The notes below the pieces were generated by a model. That model worked only from the letters and a program-made list of their open reading frames with translations. It was not told the origin of the DNA and made no database searches. Source: Botryllus schlosseri (taxonomy: Eukaryota). Taken from it: a DNA stretch of 64,000 nucleotides. Made by a program: the position numbers and the translations under genes. Below are positions 63,876 to 64,000 of the stretch, piece after piece; position 1 is the stretch's first letter; every line of letters begins with the position of its first letter. The stretch lies in NCBI GenBank assembly GCA_051294905.1, contig CM119378.1, forward strand, positions 3,970,001 through 4,034,000. Direction: 5' to 3'.

Positions 63876-64000
63876 CTGTAAAATATATATGGTTTTCGTC
63901 ATCTGCGTTAGTCGCTGTGCCGGGTCAGATTACTCTGGTATTAATGAGTGCTTCACTAACTTAACTTAACTAACTTCAGCAACATAAATAACTTATCTTA

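Overview
This is AT-rich, intron-rich eukaryotic DNA. The short GT-AG introns (many 55-65 bp) and the gene content suggest a marine invertebrate, probably a tunicate; that assignment is inference. The window is dominated by a diverged tandem segmental duplication: 1-19604 matches 34823-53882, and a third, truncated copy lies at ~21445-24647. Each full unit carries a + strand spliced gene for a coiled-coil / modular-linker / six-bladed NHL beta-propeller protein (TRIM-NHL-like; no RING or B-box seen). Each also carries the 3' part of a convergent - strand PKDCC/VLK-like secretory-pathway kinase gene. The kinase is intact in the right copy (6 exons, 409 aa, 50635-58475) and a decayed pseudogene in the left copy. 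The right end holds the 3' part of a - strand Sushi/CCP(x>=4)-vWA gene that stops ~545 bp upstream of the kinase ATG. The rest is a dense, nested set of non-autonomous DNA transposons, LINE 3' fragments and a tRNA-derived SINE. The DNA transposons are hAT-type with 8-bp TSDs and P/Galileo-like foldbacks with 7-bp GTnnnAC TSDs, including a 7.76-kb one. Most interesting: the two NHL paralogs differ mainly at the predicted top (ligand-binding) face of all six blades, and their linker carries a self-contained exon resembling an amyloid-signalling motif. Together these suggest a rapidly diversifying receptor family. All alignments and translations were done by eye; no searches were run.
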